64,000 nt of DNA. Source: Candidatus Dojkabacteria bacterium (GTDB lineage: Bacteria; Patescibacteriota; Dojkabacteria; JAOAGR01). A program made the position numbers and the translations under genes. Of the stretch, positions 30,927-40,597 are shown piece after piece. The stretch lies in NCBI GenBank assembly GCA_025999155.1, contig AP026679.1, positions 666,561-730,560 of the forward strand, in the 5' to 3' direction. The notes beneath the pieces were generated by a model. The model was not told the origin of the DNA. It was given only the letters and a program-made list of their open reading frames with translations, and ran no database searches. The stretch's first letter is position 1. Each line of letters starts with the position of its first letter.

Positions 30927-31643
30927 ATGCAGGACTTTGCTCATCTAGCTATGCTGTACACAACAGTAATTTTGTTACTCATATTGGGAGTGTTGATTAC
31001 ATTTTTTGGATTGCGTTTGGTTAGAGTTTTCTCTGTATTATTAGGTTTTATTATTGGTTTTACGCTGGGAACCTCGTTGACTGGGACAGATTGGATATTT
31101 CTAACAAATAGTGACAAGGACTTAGTACAAATCGCTATTGCAATCACTGTACCTTTAGCTTTAGGCGTTGTGGCAATGCTAGTGGCGATTTTGTTCTTAA
31201 GATTTGGTGTAGCCTTAGTCGGTGCAAATCTGGTTTTCACTTTGCTTACCAATTTGGCTGTTATTATGGGGTTTTCTTCAGATGGTGTCAACTTCCTGAT
31301 AGTTCTGATTTCAATTCTAGTTTTTATTGGGGTATTTGTTTCACACTTTTACAATACTGTGGTGATATTAATCACTTCGGTATATGGTGCTCTATACATC
31401 GTAATAGCTATATTTTTGATTTTAGTACAAGATATGAATATTTTAAATGTTCTTGTTGCAAATCACTACATCGATATCCTAAAAAACAATAATGAGATTA
31501 ATCGTTGGTACCTGGTCGTGTGGCTTGGTACATGGGGAGTATTTAGTTTACTGGGAGCACGGTATCAACTCCTATCTAGTAGGTACAAATCACATAACTC
31601 GCATAACTCGCATAACAAAAATTCATCAAATCCTTTGAGATAA
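30927..31643 (+). CDS. DUF4203 (TMEM198/TM7S3-like) membrane protein
   Basis: GVLITFFGLRLVR...GFIIG, ITSVYGA, about 7 TM segments, GARYQL; C-terminal HNS repeat from a 9-bp unit (CATAACTCG). Confidence 0.75.
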   Translation: MQDFAHLAMLYTTVILLLILGVLITFFGLRLVRVFSVLLGFIIGFTLGTSLTGTDWIFLTNSDKDLVQIAIAITVPLALGVVAMLVAILFLRFGVALVGANLVFTLLTNLAVIMGFSSDGVNFLIVLISILVFIGVFVSHFYNTVVILITSVYGALYIVIAIFLILVQDMNILNVLVANHYIDILKNNNEINRWYLVVWLGTWGVFSLLGARYQLLSSRYKSHNSHNSHNKNSSNPLR

Positions 31644-31820
31644 ATCTCGCTTCTGATTCAACTCCTTGCACTAAATAACTCTTCTCGGTAATATTGTTAT
31701 ATAAGACGGACACATACGATTCAGGAGATTTGAGAAGTGCGTACGGGCATATTGAGCTGACAGCAGAGGAAGCCCTAATCACATCTCGGTTTATAGACCT
31801 CTTTTTTTATAATACTCAAT
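31632..31820 (-). ncRNA. Candidate 6S-like RNA
   Basis: Minus-strand promoter TTGACA-17-TAATTT (31855-31827). Irregular rod CACTTCTCAAATCTCCT/AGGAGTTGAATCAGAAGCG around a weakly paired centre. Segments CCGAGATGTG, CTCCTGAATCG and GTGCAAGGAG resemble 6S RNA motifs; about 185 nt. Confidence 0.35.
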
Positions 31821-31853
31821 ACAGATAAATTAAATCCCATGGTGTGATCTGTC

Positions 31854-31893
31854 AAAAAAGACCCAGCCCTCGAGAGTGTTTAGAGGGCTAGGC
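31854..31893 (-). terminator. Intrinsic terminator of the 1002-aa surface-protein gene
   Basis: Minus strand GCCTAGCCCTC-11 nt-GAGGGCTGGGT-CTTTTTT. Confidence 0.8.
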
Positions 31894-31904
31894 ATCTATA
31901 TACG

Positions 31905-34874
31905 TCATATGATGGCCCCGTACCTTCTCAGTAGCATATTTGCAGCACCACTTAATATCAAAGTCAGAGTAGGTATTATGAGGTTGAGAGTCATATCTGC
32001 CCCTGTATTTGGAGCTTCTGATATTGTTATCTCTGCACAAGCCTGTGCTTCATTCGACCTTCCCCCCTCATTACGACCGTCTTCTATATTAGCATAAACG
32101 GTATCACATGTTCGACCACTAGATATTGGTCTAAACACGATTTCTAGAGTGTAACTCTGTCTACTAGCCAAAGACCCTAATGGCTCAGATTCAGTACATG
32201 GGGTGCGCGCATTTGTTCCTCCGGCACATAGGTTTTGAATATCTGGTATCGATATGACCCCATTATTACCGAGGTTATTCACCGTTGCACTCCTGCCTGC
32301 TGGGTTCGTGATCTCAACTCTCACAGGCGTCAATACACGAGCATCGTACAGATCTGTGAAATCAATGTCCGTATATGTTCGATTCTCAGGATCCGTGTTT
32401 CGAATGACAGCTCTAAATCTGACCTCATTCGGTGATACAACAGAAGGAGTCAAAGCGCTCTTTTCTACGGTAACTTGCAGTGGTCTTCGGGTTTCAGTAT
32501 TGAATTCAACACAACTACTTCGCGGAGGATTGAGTGAGTCTTCTCTTTGTTGACCTAGATTATCTCGGTAACTTATTGTGGTAACTACTCCACAATTATC
32601 ATTTTCACGTGCTAATTGAGGTGTGACTTCGCGTAATATTCTGAAAGTCAAAGTTAATGTAAATACTTCACCGTTATTGTTAGGTCCAGCAAGAAGCACT
32701 CCATCTTCTCCATTGATACGATTGGGCTTAGGTGGCATATTTGACCAAGTAAGTCTTCTTCGTCCTTCACTTATCGGTATACCTGTAAGAATATCAGGAT
32801 CTAACCTCTGGCCTCGATAAGATGCAGATACAAATTCAAGATAGTTAGGATCATATTCATCACTTAAAGTAAAGTTGTTAATATCAACGTTTCCAGTATT
32901 TTGAACATCGATATTGAATGTAATGGTATTATTTACAGGTTGATAATTTGGACTGACCAGAGTCTTAGTTATGTTTATATTGGGTCTGCTGTCTGGTGTC
33001 CTAGAAGGTGTTGGAGTAGGTGTTGGAGTGGGTGTTGTGGTAGTAGTGTCTCGCGTTATGAATGTAACACATCTCGCATCGTAACGTGGTTCAACCGTTC
33101 TCGTACCTATGAGGCCATCGACAGCACCGTTGAGTTGGACATTTACAAGAGGACTTCCCGTGTTTGCATCGATAATCGGGTTATTTGGATCTCCGTATAA
33201 ATCAGCATATGACACTTCCCAAGTGTATGTCATAATGTTGTTTGCTGTATCAGTTAGATTACCATTCACGTAAAAGTATCTTCTGTCGCCTCCATCTAAT
33301 CTAATTCTTTCGTTAGTTCGTATAGCTGCAGGACAAGGAATTCCACCTCCATTACATGTAGCATTATCGCGATTATATATGTATAGGTTACCATTATTAT
33401 TTCTTGGGTTTTGGATTCTCATTGTAATAGTAGTGGATTCTCCGGGTCTAAGAGTAGATCTCGTAGACGAAATATCCACACATGCTGATTCTGGTTCTCT
33501 TGATGGAGTAGGTGTTGGGGTGGGTGTCGGGGTAGTAGTAGTAGTGTCTCGCGTTATGAATGTAACACATCTCGCATCGTAACGTGGTTCAACCGTTCTC
33601 GTACCTATGAGGCCATCGACAGCACCGTTGAGTTGGACATTTACAAGAGGACTTCCCGTGTTTGCATCGATAATCGGGTTATTTGGATCTCCATATAAAT
33701 CAGCATATGACACTTCCCAAGTGTATGTCATAATGTTGTTTGCTGTATCAGTTAGATTACCATTCACATAAAAATATCTTCTGTCACCTCCATCTAATCT
33801 AATTCTTGCATTAGTTGGTATGGCTGCAGGACAAGGAATTCCCCCTCCATTACATGTAGCATTACCACGATTATATATGTATAAGTTTCCGTTACTATTT
33901 CTTGGGTTTCGGATTCTCATCGTAATAGTAGTAGATTCTCCGGGTCTAAGAATATATCTAGTAGAAGAGATATCCACACATTCTGGTTCTGGTGCCCTTG
34001 ATGGAGTAGGGGTAGTAGTTGGTGTGGTTGTGATTGTGATTGTAGTTGTGATCGTTGTGGTTATACCAGGGCACCTATAGTCCCATGGATTTCTGCATAG
34101 AGTAGCAGTTGGCATACCGCGAAGTATTTCACTTACTAGGCGGCCAGCATTAGCCGGGTTATTACATACGCTTAGATCTACACCACAGTCCCTGTAGTTA
34201 TCTATTGATCGATGTTCCGTATCTCCATAAGTCCAACCATCTACACCTTGTATTTGTGCTCCTGCACATACGCAAATTTGCCCTGGCTGTGGGTTACAGC
34301 CACTGTAAAAAGTTGCTTTAGCACATTTACCACCACCAGTAGCATATCGGCAGCTTTTATTTGGGTATAGTCTGGGATCTCGGTCATCTGCACCTGGGTA
34401 GTCTCGATTATTTCGAGACGTACATACAAAAATGTTATTTGGATCACATACAGGATTATCTATATAACACACATTACCACCACATTGACATTGTCCTCTT
34501 CCATAATTCCCATCGTTACAGGAAGGTAATTGGGGTGTTTGTTGGTTACACCTGCTTTCTGCTTCTCTTACACATCCGGGGACATCTTGAGGTAGACATA
34601 TTCCACCTTCTCCAGGGTTATTTCCACTTCCAGGGCGGCCTGCGCGTGTATTGATCGCTAAGCAGCATTGGGCATATTCGCGATCTATACATGACTGTGC
34701 TTGAGCTGAGTCAGGTTCGGGGAGTACTTGGTTGTTTCCCACTTTCATAAATAGGAAAACTAGTGCCCCTGATACGATAAATAATGTGAGAAGGAGAATC
34801 TTAGTGACTAAAGAGGGCGTTCTTGTCTGTACTCTCATTATACTTGTATTGTTGTGTTGTCTTATGCCTACCAT
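31905..34874 (-). CDS. Large Cys-rich surface protein with an internal duplication, two DUF11-like domains and an LPXTG-like sorting signal
   Basis: N-terminal TM/signal, Cys-rich domain, TP linkers, INITKTL...ITFNIDVQNTGN and VTVEKSA...VRFRAVIRNT (DUF11), APNTG + TM + RR. Start uncertain (ATG 34874 or 34838). Confidence 0.8.
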   Translation of the reverse strand: MVGIRQHNNTSIMRVQTRTPSLVTKILLLTLFIVSGALVFLFMKVGNNQVLPEPDSAQAQSCIDREYAQCCLAINTRAGRPGSGNNPGEGGICLPQDVPGCVREAESRCNQQTPQLPSCNDGNYGRGQCQCGGNVCYIDNPVCDPNNIFVCTSRNNRDYPGADDRDPRLYPNKSCRYATGGGKCAKATFYSGCNPQPGQICVCAGAQIQGVDGWTYGDTEHRSIDNYRDCGVDLSVCNNPANAGRLVSEILRGMPTATLCRNPWDYRCPGITTTITTTITITTTPTTTPTPSRAPEPECVDISSTRYILRPGESTTITMRIRNPRNSNGNLYIYNRGNATCNGGGIPCPAAIPTNARIRLDGGDRRYFYVNGNLTDTANNIMTYTWEVSYADLYGDPNNPIIDANTGSPLVNVQLNGAVDGLIGTRTVEPRYDARCVTFITRDTTTTTPTPTPTPTPSREPESACVDISSTRSTLRPGESTTITMRIQNPRNNNGNLYIYNRDNATCNGGGIPCPAAIRTNERIRLDGGDRRYFYVNGNLTDTANNIMTYTWEVSYADLYGDPNNPIIDANTGSPLVNVQLNGAVDGLIGTRTVEPRYDARCVTFITRDTTTTTPTPTPTPTPSRTPDSRPNINITKTLVSPNYQPVNNTITFNIDVQNTGNVDINNFTLSDEYDPNYLEFVSASYRGQRLDPDILTGIPISEGRRRLTWSNMPPKPNRINGEDGVLLAGPNNNGEVFTLTLTFRILREVTPQLARENDNCGVVTTISYRDNLGQQREDSLNPPRSSCVEFNTETRRPLQVTVEKSALTPSVVSPNEVRFRAVIRNTDPENRTYTDIDFTDLYDARVLTPVRVEITNPAGRSATVNNLGNNGVISIPDIQNLCAGGTNARTPCTESEPLGSLASRQSYTLEIVFRPISSGRTCDTVYANIEDGRNEGGRSNEAQACAEITISEAPNTGADMTLNLIIPTLTLILSGAANMLLRRYGAII
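33001..33996. repeat. Intragenic tandem duplication with a 498-bp (166-aa) period
   Basis: TCGCGTTATGAATGTAACACATC at 33051 and 33549; the two protein repeats are nearly identical. Confidence 0.95.
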
Positions 34875-35255
34875 GATTTTTGATAGTTTTATAGTATTAC
34901 TACATTTTATCACTTAGGTATAACTTTGGTCAACAGTTTATAGGATAAATTATTCCGTGCATAATTTTTACGAAAGACTACGCTGGCTTTCTTTTTTTTT
35001 GAATTAAGATATATTGGTCAGTACGTAACAAAAACTGTTTTCAGATCCTTACGATATGAGCAAATCCGTGGGTTGTTTGTACCATCGAGATTTCTGGTAC
35101 TGATGTTTGTAATCCAAGAGTAATCTACTCAAGATGGAAAATATTCAATCTACGTGCAGTTGAAGATCTATTCTTTCATTTCTCGGTTACTTAGTCTGCG
35201 TGAATAAATTGCCATCCCAGTGTAAAAGAGAGTGATATCTCAGTTTATAGAACCA

Positions 35256-35341
35256 TGGCGGAGAGTGTGAGATTCGAACTCACGAGGGTTTCCCCAACTG
35301 CCTTTCCAGAGCAGCGCCATAGACCACTAGGCGAACTCTCC
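35256..35341 (-). tRNA. tRNA-Ser (GGA)
   Basis: GGAGAGT...CTGCT CTGGAAA GGCAG, long variable arm, GTGAG TTCGAAT CTCAC ACTCTCC G CCA. Promoter TTGACT-18-TAAAAT at 35382-35353. Confidence 0.97.
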
Positions 35342-35447
35342 GTCCGCTTACAATTTTAGAGATAACAAAGTAGTTTAGTCAAATACTGTCTTGACTTGTT
35401 TATTGTTTGACCATGTAGTCTCTAGACATAAGTTTGATGCTTGAAAT

Positions 35448-35477
35448 AAAAAAATCCTCTGATACAACAGGGGATTT
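35448..35477 (-). terminator. Intrinsic terminator
   Basis: Minus strand AAATCCCCTG-TTGTAT-CAGAGGATTT-TTTT, downstream of the stop at 35499. Confidence 0.75.
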
Positions 35478-35498
35478 ACCAGTATTCGTTTATTTAAA

Positions 35499-37135
35499 TT
35501 AAGGTAACGAGAATCTACTACGCAGAACTGCTAGCGCCACAGCAACTGCTCCACCCAGTGTGATAGCTGATAATCCTGGAAGTAGCGGTCCTAACGCTTC
35601 TAAATTTAACAGGACTGGAGTGTCAATGTATACACATTGTTCTCCATTCGCCGTTGCATTCTGTGATTCATTTTGTCCTGTAACAAATACGGAAGTCGAT
35701 TCACAAACTCTGCCACGTTCTTTTGTAGCAAATGATACTTCAATAGTATAGCTATCTTCGTATTTTAAGCTCCCTAAAGTGTCTGACTCATTACAATCCG
35801 GAGCGCGCAAATTAACCATTCCATCACATAAGTTCTGTATATTTTCTATAGAAATCGATCCACTATTCGCTATATCGTCAATAGTTGCACTTCTTCCTGT
35901 CTGTTCATGCTTAATAAACAGTCTTTGTGGTATCAATTTTGAAGAGTCGTACACGTTTAGAAAATCTATCGATTGATAAATCTCATCAGGACTATTATTT
36001 GTAATTTTAGTAGTAATTTTTACATCATTACCTAAGTATACAGAAGAAGTCGTGGTGCTTTTTTCTATCACAGGCGACAGATGTGTACCCCCACCCCCTC
36101 CCGTATCTGTAGGTGTTGAAGTGTCCTCTAATGTAGGTGTTGATGTCGGTGTCGACGTCGGTGTTTGGGTTGGCGTTGAAGTTTGTGTTTGTCTTGATGT
36201 TGGGGTTGGCGTTGGTGTTGAAGTTGGACTTGATGTTGGGGTTGTACTCACTATTGGAACGAAAAAGTCTGTTCCAAAGTACGGAGTTCGAATGACACAA
36301 ACATTAGGTTTCTGACATCGAAAACGTAAATCATATGCACCTAAATGTAACGAACTATCTTTCGGTGTCGGTCCTACATTACGGCACCACAACCCACCCC
36401 ATCTGTCGGGATCTTGCATATAATCAGCTCCAAATACTACACCTTTTGAGTAATCAGCGAAGCAATCACCACAATAGTATCGCTGATTATCTATCGTTAT
36501 GTAACCGTTATTATCTAAATCATTTCGTTGAAGAGCTTCCATATTTTCCGGCAGTGTGAAGAACCAATTAGGATTACCCCCAACCCAGAAATTAGAATCT
36601 ACCCCTTGAGTATATCGAGGATATGGATTGAAAATGTAAAAAGAGCAGACAAATTCACGTGTCCCTTTTTGATTGACTGGATGATTAGGATCAGGTATGT
36701 AGGGCCTCATCCCGTATGTTCGAAAACTTGCTAGAGGACCAGTGGAACCCGATTCAAACTTTATGACTGTTGTTGGAAAAGGGCCCGGTAGATATGTTCG
36801 ATCAATTTTTAGAACGTAACCAGCCCTATCGAGAGCGTACCCAGGAGAATCGTCATCGCTGTTATTAAGACTATTGCTATCGACCTCCGCTGTAATGTAA
36901 TTAGGACTAGGGTCGGAAACTGTTTTAACAGACACTTTCATGCGAGCACAAGTATCAACTACAGAAGATTCCTGATACTCTGCCTTGACTGTAGCTACAT
37001 CTAAAGCAGTTTCGGTGTTTTTGATAGCTGTATAACGAGTACCAATAGAGATCCGCATGTTATAAGAAGCGTGAGTACAAAAATTTGAATGGATTTATGT
37101 ACAGCATAGTATTCATTTTGTGTTTGTGGTGTCAT
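35499..37135 (-). pseudogene. DUF11-type surface-protein gene split by a 1-nt frameshift (signal-anchor ORF 37135-37001; body ORF 37058-35499)
   Basis: MTPQTQNEYYAVHKSIQIFVLTLLITCGSLLVLVIQLSK reads into NTETALDVATVKAE if one base is added at the A5 run (37018-37022). The C-terminal domain is paralogous to the last domain of the 1002-aa protein. Confidence 0.7.
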
Positions 37136-37465
37136 ATGATTTATACTAGAGACTATTATAAAAATCAGCACTAGTCCATATGTTTTGATTAGATTTAAAT
37201 GTGTCTAAGTAAGATTGATTTCTAAACTTTTTTGATAACTTTACACTCAACTCGGTTCATCTATAAAAAAACTACGGATTTGTGTAGTTGAGATGCTGCG
37301 ATGAAAATGCCATTGGTGGATTATGGAACTCTTGTATAGTTACACTAACCAGAGTCTGTATTGTTATCTATATTACATCTTTTTATATATATTTTATATT
37401 TTGAACAATTTGAATTTTTTTAAATTTGTGTTAATATTCGATAGCTTGCCCGATTATAAACATAC

Positions 37466-37540
37466 CGCGGGATGGAGCAGTGGCAGCTCGTCAGGCTCAT
37501 AACCTGAAGGTCGCTGGTTCGAATCCAGCTCCCGCAACCA
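37466..37540 (+). tRNA. Initiator tRNA-fMet (CAT)
   Basis: CGCGGGA...TCAGG CTCATAA CCTGA...GCTGG TTCGAAT CCAGC TCCCGCA A CCA; C1:A72 mismatch. Confidence 0.97.
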
Positions 37541-37730
37541 ATATTGATAATTATTGGGTTTCTCGTGCTTATTATTATAATCAGGATTATATGAATCCAA
37601 ATGCTCACATGCTTTTCTGTTGTTGATTGTCGTGAATCCGGTCTTGATAAAATGTGTGTATGTAGTAAATAGTATCATGGTGTATCCAAACGTCATATAA
37701 CCAATAGAATTGTGTATAATGCAACTGTAA

Positions 37731-39122
37731 ATGCAGGTAAGTCGGCAACAACGTAGAGATCTCTCTTTTTCTATGAAGGCATCCCCTTATTATCAAAAGA
37801 CTTCTAGGATAACGACTGTATTACGATGGATAACGATAATACTGATTATTTTTGCAATAGTATGTGGAGCCGGTGCATCTTTTTATTTGACACAGCACCG
37901 TAAGTGGGATTGGATCTTTGTAGGAGATGTTGCTGATGCAATCGTATATCACGCAAATTCATTACTTGATCGGGAAGACTTGTTTGATGTTTCATTACAG
38001 TCGTCAAGTAGTATACGAGAGTTCAATGAAACTAATCTCAGTTATTTTTCCAACGAGGAACTCGCCAAGTTAGGGATCTTAAATCTACCAGAAAATTTTC
38101 AAATTCAAGATACATATAAAGGTATACGTTTTGTAAGGACAGCACAAAAAAGTTTTAGTGAGATTCAATTAGGCTTACTAAAATACTTTATAGATATAAC
38201 ACCCACAAGATTACTTAATCCAGGACCGACTGCTATAGTGACCTATGCTCCCGGTGAGATCGCTAATGTAGCGAATTTAAATGATCGTACAGCAGCTTTT
38301 GCGAGTGGTAGTTATATGTTTTTTAATGATCACTCATTTAATCCGGTATATCCCCTAGCAGATACTTCCGTAGATGCCGCATTTAGAACATTTATTCATG
38401 AGTTAGTTCATGTTGCTCAATTTAACTACATTGTAGATAGGTTAGATCCTGCAAGTATAGATGAATTTTATAAAGAGGGTTTGAGTTGGATTGATCTTGT
38501 GGTAAATTCCCAATTGATAGCAGAATTTGCACTATATGCAGGTTGGCAAGTTTATTCCGAAGGGTCGAAATTATTATATAAGTTACCTAATTCTGTACTA
38601 GCGCAGACTTCGGAATATGGAAAATCAAAAATCTATGAAGATATGGCAGAATCCGTAGCGGCATTTGTGACTACCAATACTGTAGGGTTTTCAGGTGATC
38701 GTCTAAAATGGTGTGTACAGTTTTTAGGAGATTCGGATATTCAAGTCAAACTTCACAAATTTCCTGTGCCTTTCAATATGCAATCTGTGAACATAACTAA
38801 TCCAAGTTACGACAAAAATAAGGAATCATCGATGAAGCAGAGATATAAATATTTAGATATACAGTACTTTATCACTGAAGATGTCAATGTAATAAATGAT
38901 ATCCAGTATTTTTTATCGGAGGAACTCAGTCAGAGAGGTTGGAAAGGAACTTTTACTAGGTATCGGGACCAGAATGGGGTAGTATATATAAAAGGTGATT
39001 TTGACGGCACATATAGAGATTTGTATCTTGAGTTATACACTTACGACCATGCGCATGGCTTTCTAGTAAAACCTCGTGGTACAATTATGGTAGTGATGAG
39101 TGGTTATTTATTGAAAGACTGA
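37731..39122 (+). CDS. Membrane-anchored putative zinc metallopeptidase
   Basis: N-terminal TM segment; FIHELVH (HExxH) and downstream SEYG....EDMAES. Confidence 0.7.
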   Translation: MQVSRQQRRDLSFSMKASPYYQKTSRITTVLRWITIILIIFAIVCGAGASFYLTQHRKWDWIFVGDVADAIVYHANSLLDREDLFDVSLQSSSSIREFNETNLSYFSNEELAKLGILNLPENFQIQDTYKGIRFVRTAQKSFSEIQLGLLKYFIDITPTRLLNPGPTAIVTYAPGEIANVANLNDRTAAFASGSYMFFNDHSFNPVYPLADTSVDAAFRTFIHELVHVAQFNYIVDRLDPASIDEFYKEGLSWIDLVVNSQLIAEFALYAGWQVYSEGSKLLYKLPNSVLAQTSEYGKSKIYEDMAESVAAFVTTNTVGFSGDRLKWCVQFLGDSDIQVKLHKFPVPFNMQSVNITNPSYDKNKESSMKQRYKYLDIQYFITEDVNVINDIQYFLSEELSQRGWKGTFTRYRDQNGVVYIKGDFDGTYRDLYLELYTYDHAHGFLVKPRGTIMVVMSGYLLKD

Positions 39123-39127
39123 AAGAT

Positions 39128-40597
39128 TTGTCAAATACGATCATGCTTGTATCAAAACGTATTCATACAGAAGCTCAGGGTTCTAACACAAGTCTTCCAA
39201 TAGGGAAGCACGTAGCTCTTTCTTTTTTTCTAACCATATTAGGATTTTTTGTGGCTTTTGGGATTTTTCTAATATATCAAGATGATCAGCAAAACAAGTA
39301 CAAGCGTGAATTAATACCTAGAGCTCGTCTTGCCTATTTGCAAAAAGATTATAGTCAAGCTATTCAGTTATTTTCTGAAGCTGATAAAGAATTCCCCGAC
39401 AATCTGGAAGTCAAAAAATCCTTAGCAGATTTGTATTTTTTAAAAGGCTTTTATGGTGATGCAGTGAAGTATTATGCTGCTGCTTATAATTTAGATCGTA
39501 ATTTTACAACACAGGAGATTTCTAATTATGGTGTAGCTCTACTAAAAACTAACAATATAGATGCTCTCGTGGAGTTATGGAGTAATCAGCAACTCAGTCC
39601 GGAAGATTCCTATCGGCTTGCCGAGGTTTATTTGCAGAAAAAGGAGTTCGACAAATATAAATTGGAACTCGAAAAGATCAAAGGCTTTTTTGAACCTTTG
39701 ATAGCATTGCAGGTGTTTAATAAGGATCTAGAGGAAACTTATAATATGCTTAATACTATCGAACACGCTCCTAAGCTTGGTCTTAAAAGCTACAATTTTG
39801 AACTTTTTAAAAATCAAATTATTGAGGCAAAAAAACAGTTTGATCTAGGGAAAATCGAATATTCAGAATTAATTACATTAGCAGCCTTTGCTAATATTGA
39901 ACAGTGCCAATTCATTCAGTTACGGATCGAGAATCTCAAAGAAAAATTAATTAAACAAAATATACCGATATATCAAGTAGAATTCCTTGAAGGAAAATGT
40001 TTAAACCAACTTGGGGATCCTGATGCTGCGATTAACTTAATTAATAAAGCAATTGAAGCTGATAAATCTAATATTGATTATCTCGAAGAATTGGCTAATA
40101 GTTACTTTTTAAAGGGGGATTTAAATACTTTGCATAAGATCTATAACGAAATTTTCTTAATCTCTCGTAATTTCAATGTTCTTAATAACTATGCAGGATT
40201 CGTGTACAAACTTGGAAAAAAATACGATGCCGTGAAATATTATCTTGAGGCGTTTGATGTTGGAGGAACGAGTTTGCAAAAAAAGTCGGTTGCCAGAACT
40301 ATCTTACAAATTCATTTTATTGATCTTAAAGATCTTGAGGTGTGTAATAACGCCAATTTATTAGAAGCTCTCAATGAAGATGATTTTGACGATTATTTCT
40401 TACTGAGTCATTGTAGAATTTATAAAAACATACCTATCAGTGAAGTCACTAGTATAAATCACGAAAATCTAGCATATAAGTACTTGAATGCATTATCTCG
40501 AAAGGATAAGGCAGAAATAGAAAAATTACTAGACCAAGATCCTGATGGTCTTATAACGACCTATTATTTATCAATAGGACAAAAATTATTTGAGTAA
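39128..40597 (+). CDS. Membrane-anchored tetratricopeptide-repeat protein
   Basis: TM segment then TPR-like helices (ARLAYLQKDYSQAIQLF, LADLYFLKGFYGDAVKYY). Confidence 0.8.
   Translation: MSNTIMLVSKRIHTEAQGSNTSLPIGKHVALSFFLTILGFFVAFGIFLIYQDDQQNKYKRELIPRARLAYLQKDYSQAIQLFSEADKEFPDNLEVKKSLADLYFLKGFYGDAVKYYAAAYNLDRNFTTQEISNYGVALLKTNNIDALVELWSNQQLSPEDSYRLAEVYLQKKEFDKYKLELEKIKGFFEPLIALQVFNKDLEETYNMLNTIEHAPKLGLKSYNFELFKNQIIEAKKQFDLGKIEYSELITLAAFANIEQCQFIQLRIENLKEKLIKQNIPIYQVEFLEGKCLNQLGDPDAAINLINKAIEADKSNIDYLEELANSYFLKGDLNTLHKIYNEIFLISRNFNVLNNYAGFVYKLGKKYDAVKYYLEAFDVGGTSLQKKSVARTILQIHFIDLKDLEVCNNANLLEALNEDDFDDYFLLSHCRIYKNIPISEVTSINHENLAYKYLNALSRKDKAEIEKLLDQDPDGLITTYYLSIGQKLFE

Noticed and set aside
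33001-33996. Diversity-generating retroelement TR/VR pair
   Set aside because: Differences are not adenine-specific, both copies are in frame in one gene, and there is no reverse transcriptase in the window.
30260-37540. Integrative element or prophage at the tRNA genes
   Set aside because: No integrase or phage genes and no duplicated tRNA 3' end.
37420-37796. Short ORFs 37420-37608, 37454-37696 and 37605-37796
   Set aside because: Antisense shadows of tRNA-fMet and the adjacent promoter or gene start.
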